From a virus (lineage: Duplodnaviria > Caudoviricetes): 37,562 nt of DNA. Of this stretch, positions 35,234 to 37,562 are shown piece after piece. The translations under genes were made by a program, and so were the position numbers. The stretch spans positions 1 to 37,562 of IMG/VR virus record IMGVR_UViG_3300014208_000084, one strand, 5' to 3'. The notes under the pieces were generated by a model. That model made no database searches. It saw nothing but the letters and a program-made list of their open reading frames with translations, and was not told where the DNA came from. Every line of letters starts with the position of its first letter. Position 1 is the stretch's first letter.

Positions 35234-35520
35234 TGGACTGGCAATGGATAGCGAATGGTTCTTTTGTAATTTTAGGTATTGTGGGTACTGCACTTTATAA
35301 CTCACTCAAAAATAATATGGATAACTCATTCAAGTCAGTTAATGAAAGTATCCATGAAATAGAGCTTGATGCTTCAAAGTTGACAGAAAAAGTTCAAGCA
35401 GTTGAACTTTTAGTAGCTGGAAACTATGTAATGAAATCTGAATTTGAAGCAAAGATGGATGCAATGTTTAAAAAGCTTGACAAGATTTTTGACAAACTAG
35501 ATGGGAAGGCAGATAAATAA
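35230..35520 (+). CDS. Single-TM coiled-coil protein (holin/antiholin-like)
   Basis: N-terminal TM plus coiled coil ending KLDKIFDKLDGKADK; before the lysis genes. Confidence 0.6.
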   Translation: MMDWQWIANGSFVILGIVGTALYNSLKNNMDNSFKSVNESIHEIELDASKLTEKVQAVELLVAGNYVMKSEFEAKMDAMFKKLDKIFDKLDGKADK

Positions 35521-35693
35521 TGGAAGAATATAAAGATATTAACCGTGATCAGTTTCCAGCTTGGCAGGGGTGGAAGATTATCGATGACTATAAAAGACTT
35601 AATGCAGATGCTCATGTGATGGTGACTCTTTGTGAAAACAATGGACAGCTTCAAGAGCTTGTGGCCCAATTTTATGAAGGAGGTAAAGAATGA
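35520..35693 (+). CDS. Small hypothetical protein (57 aa, MEEYKDINRD...), not in the ORF track
   Basis: TAATG and ATGA coupling on both sides. Confidence 0.55.
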   Translation: MEEYKDINRDQFPAWQGWKIIDDYKRLNADAHVMVTLCENNGQLQELVAQFYEGGKE

Positions 35694-35962
35694 AAGAGTT
35701 TAAGCGTATGTGGTTTGTAATGGTTGTGACAATTATATTAGTGAGTATATTCATCAGTGGGGTTTATGAGAATTTCCCTCCCGTTATTCAACTCGTATTA
35801 TCAAAGTTTTTGCTTGTAACAGCAGGGGTGATTGTAGCGCATGTTTTGCGTAAATTTTTGTTTCCAAAAATCGACTGGGGCAATGATAACAACTGGCAGC
35901 TTACTATTGCTGTAGTTGCTTTTTATCTGATTATTATTTACTGTTTCGCAATGGGTGGGTAA
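35690..35962 (+). CDS. Putative holin (3 TM)
   Basis: Three hydrophobic helices in 90 aa; directly upstream of the endolysin. Confidence 0.7.
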   Translation: MKEFKRMWFVMVVTIILVSIFISGVYENFPPVIQLVLSKFLLVTAGVIVAHVLRKFLFPKIDWGNDNNWQLTIAVVAFYLIIIYCFAMGG

Positions 35963-36545
35963 TATGAAATTTATAGTACTTCTTTTCGTATCGATGACAC
36001 TATATGCAGGATCGATGCAGCGGTGTCAATCGTATGTTCAAGAAGTGCGTAAGGCTCATTTCTCACAGTTTGGCATTGACTACCCGTATCAGTACGGGCT
36101 AGGGCAACTCGTCCAAGAGTCTGGATGTCGTAATATTATCTCATATGATGGGGTAGGATCAGAGGGCCTTCCTCAAATCACATACCGCCTTTGGCAAAAA
36201 TCTCTTAAGGCTAAAGGTGTAGAGAGCATCAAGGCTATACCAAATCAACTCAAAGCTCAAGCAATAATCATGAAGTCAGTTTACCAACCAAAATACGGTT
36301 TATGGGTAACGTACCAGGTGTACAACGGAGGGGGATTGGTTCTAAAAGAGATCAAGCGCGCTGGAGCTGAGGATTGGGAAAAAGCAAAGGCAAACTGTAA
36401 ACGTGGCCAAAGCTGCTTTACTTACCCGTCAGGTAAAAAAGAGTGTGTCTCGAACTGCGAGATCAACTATGACTATTCAACTCAAGTTTATAAATATGGA
36501 GAAAAATATGCAGCTATCAGAAGTAGCAAATATCGGTATTGGTAA
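35955..36545 (+). CDS. Endolysin, lytic transglycosylase/lysozyme-like fold, with N-terminal export signal
   Basis: QLVQESG catalytic Glu, GLPQI and YNGG motifs. Confidence 0.8.
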   Translation: MGNMKFIVLLFVSMTLYAGSMQRCQSYVQEVRKAHFSQFGIDYPYQYGLGQLVQESGCRNIISYDGVGSEGLPQITYRLWQKSLKAKGVESIKAIPNQLKAQAIIMKSVYQPKYGLWVTYQVYNGGGLVLKEIKRAGAEDWEKAKANCKRGQSCFTYPSGKKECVSNCEINYDYSTQVYKYGEKYAAIRSSKYRYW

Positions 36546-36888
36546 AGTCCTTATTTGGGTAATCGTTGTTTTAGTTGGGGGATTAATCGCACTTGGATTT
36601 TACACGTTAATCGTGTCCGGAGAGCGAAACGTTCTTGAACAAACCGTTAATACGAAAGATGCTGAAACCCAACGCCAAAAGGATAACGTCACTTTTTATA
36701 AAGCATGGATGGAGCGGGATAAATTAGACGCTACAGCAAAAGAAGTAGAATTTAATCGCACTATGGCATCAAAGCCAGCATTTAAAACAAAGATTGAGTA
36801 TATACCGACTGGGAATAATTGCGTGGATCTTAATGCAATAATCGAGGAAGCTCGCGGAAATAAAAAATCTTTAGGTGGACAATTATGA
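36508..36888 (+). CDS. Putative inner-membrane spanin (likely start 36508)
   Basis: GGAG RBS; N-terminal TM, coiled coil and C-terminal Cys; after the endolysin. Confidence 0.7.
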   Translation: MQLSEVANIGIGKVLIWVIVVLVGGLIALGFYTLIVSGERNVLEQTVNTKDAETQRQKDNVTFYKAWMERDKLDATAKEVEFNRTMASKPAFKTKIEYIPTGNNCVDLNAIIEEARGNKKSLGGQL

Positions 36889-37124
36889 AAATGTTTTATT
36901 TGATGGTATCGACCGTAGTTTTTATCTTCTCAGGTTGTGCTGGGCTAAAGCCATGTGAACCAATTACGATTACAAAGAAGTGCGAGACAAATCTACCTAT
37001 TAAGCCGGTGATGAGCGATGAGAGTGGTGACAATGTTATGTGGTTAAACTCGAAATTGGAAAATAGCGGGAAGAAGGATAGTTATATCTTTGATTTAGAA
37101 GCAGCGCTAAAGAGGTGTTTGTAG
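36885..37124 (+). CDS. Putative outer-membrane spanin lipoprotein
   Basis: FSGC lipobox, Pro-rich segment, terminal LEAALKRC. Confidence 0.75.
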   Translation: MKMFYLMVSTVVFIFSGCAGLKPCEPITITKKCETNLPIKPVMSDESGDNVMWLNSKLENSGKKDSYIFDLEAALKRCL

Positions 37125-37316
37125 GATTTTTTGCAGTGACAAATTAGTGTCAAAAATCATACAGAAACATGGGGATTCTGTCACTAATATTGCCTAATTC
37201 CCGTGGATGCGTGTAATAAAGAACACGGCTTATGTTATTAGTGGCGGGGTAATTATAATTGGTAGTATCGCTTGAGAGATAGATTAAAAGAATATGGCTT
37301 AGAAGATAAGGATAAT

Positions 37317-37339
37317 TTTGTACCGTTTTTGTACCGTTT
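37317..37339 (+). repeat. Integrase arm-type sites (tandem TTTGTACCG)
   Basis: Matches 155..177 with one mismatch. Confidence 0.7.
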
Positions 37340-37439
37340 TTTATAAGACAATTACTAGCTAATCAATACAACTTGTTTGCGAAAGTACTGTGCTGTATTT
37401 AAACATTACACGATTAAGTATAATATTTACCTTATTAGA

Positions 37440-37457
37440 TAAATTAATTTTAATGAA
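37440..37457 (+). repeat. attR core TAAATTAATTTTAATGAA
   Basis: Identical to 106..123. Confidence 0.8.
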
Positions 37458-37562
37458 CTTTATACTAAAATCACACTAACGTGTTGCGTTGTCAAATATC
37501 AGTAGAGGAATCATAGACGTGGAATTACTAGATAGAGTAATGAAATTTTTTACGAAGTCGCA

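Larger units (their letters stand above)
106..37457. mobile_element. Complete temperate prophage (lambda-like head, non-contractile tail) carrying a DGR
   Basis: Integrase at the left end, lysis cassette at the right end, full head/tail/replication/immunity modules, and an identical 18-bp direct repeat at both ends. Confidence 0.95.

Noticed and set aside
37135-37190. AGTGACAAA/AGTGTCAAA repeats and inverted TGTCACTAAT after the spanin gene
   Set aside because: Short and imperfect; they could be accessory recombination sites but cannot be supported.

Overview
The window is almost entirely one apparently complete temperate siphophage-type prophage (106..37457). It is bounded by an identical 18-bp att core (TAAATTAATTTTAATGAA) and has tandem arm-type integrase sites inside each end. 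The host is probably a Campylobacterota bacterium (inference from the flanking ppa-like start, TGnTATAAT promoters and AAGGA-type RBSs). Order: tyrosine integrase/excisionase, leftward early operon, Cro-like gene and CI/S24 repressor, a ~3.5 kb accessory island, rightward promoter, CII-like gene, DnaB helicase, initiator with iterons, lambda-like cos, terminase, portal, protease-capsid fusion, tail genes with a -1 frameshift chaperone, tape measure, tail-tip genes, and lysis genes. The best-supported special feature is a complete diversity-generating retroelement (DGR): a C-type-lectin-fold tail target with a variable region (VR 32552..32665), avd, a template repeat (TR 33127..33240) and a reverse transcriptase. 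All 15 TR/VR mismatches fall on TR adenines. The best candidate for an undescribed system is an AT-rich GHKL-kinase / STAS-like / membrane-protein trio in the immunity region. All alignments were done by eye; family names come from motif recognition, not database searches.
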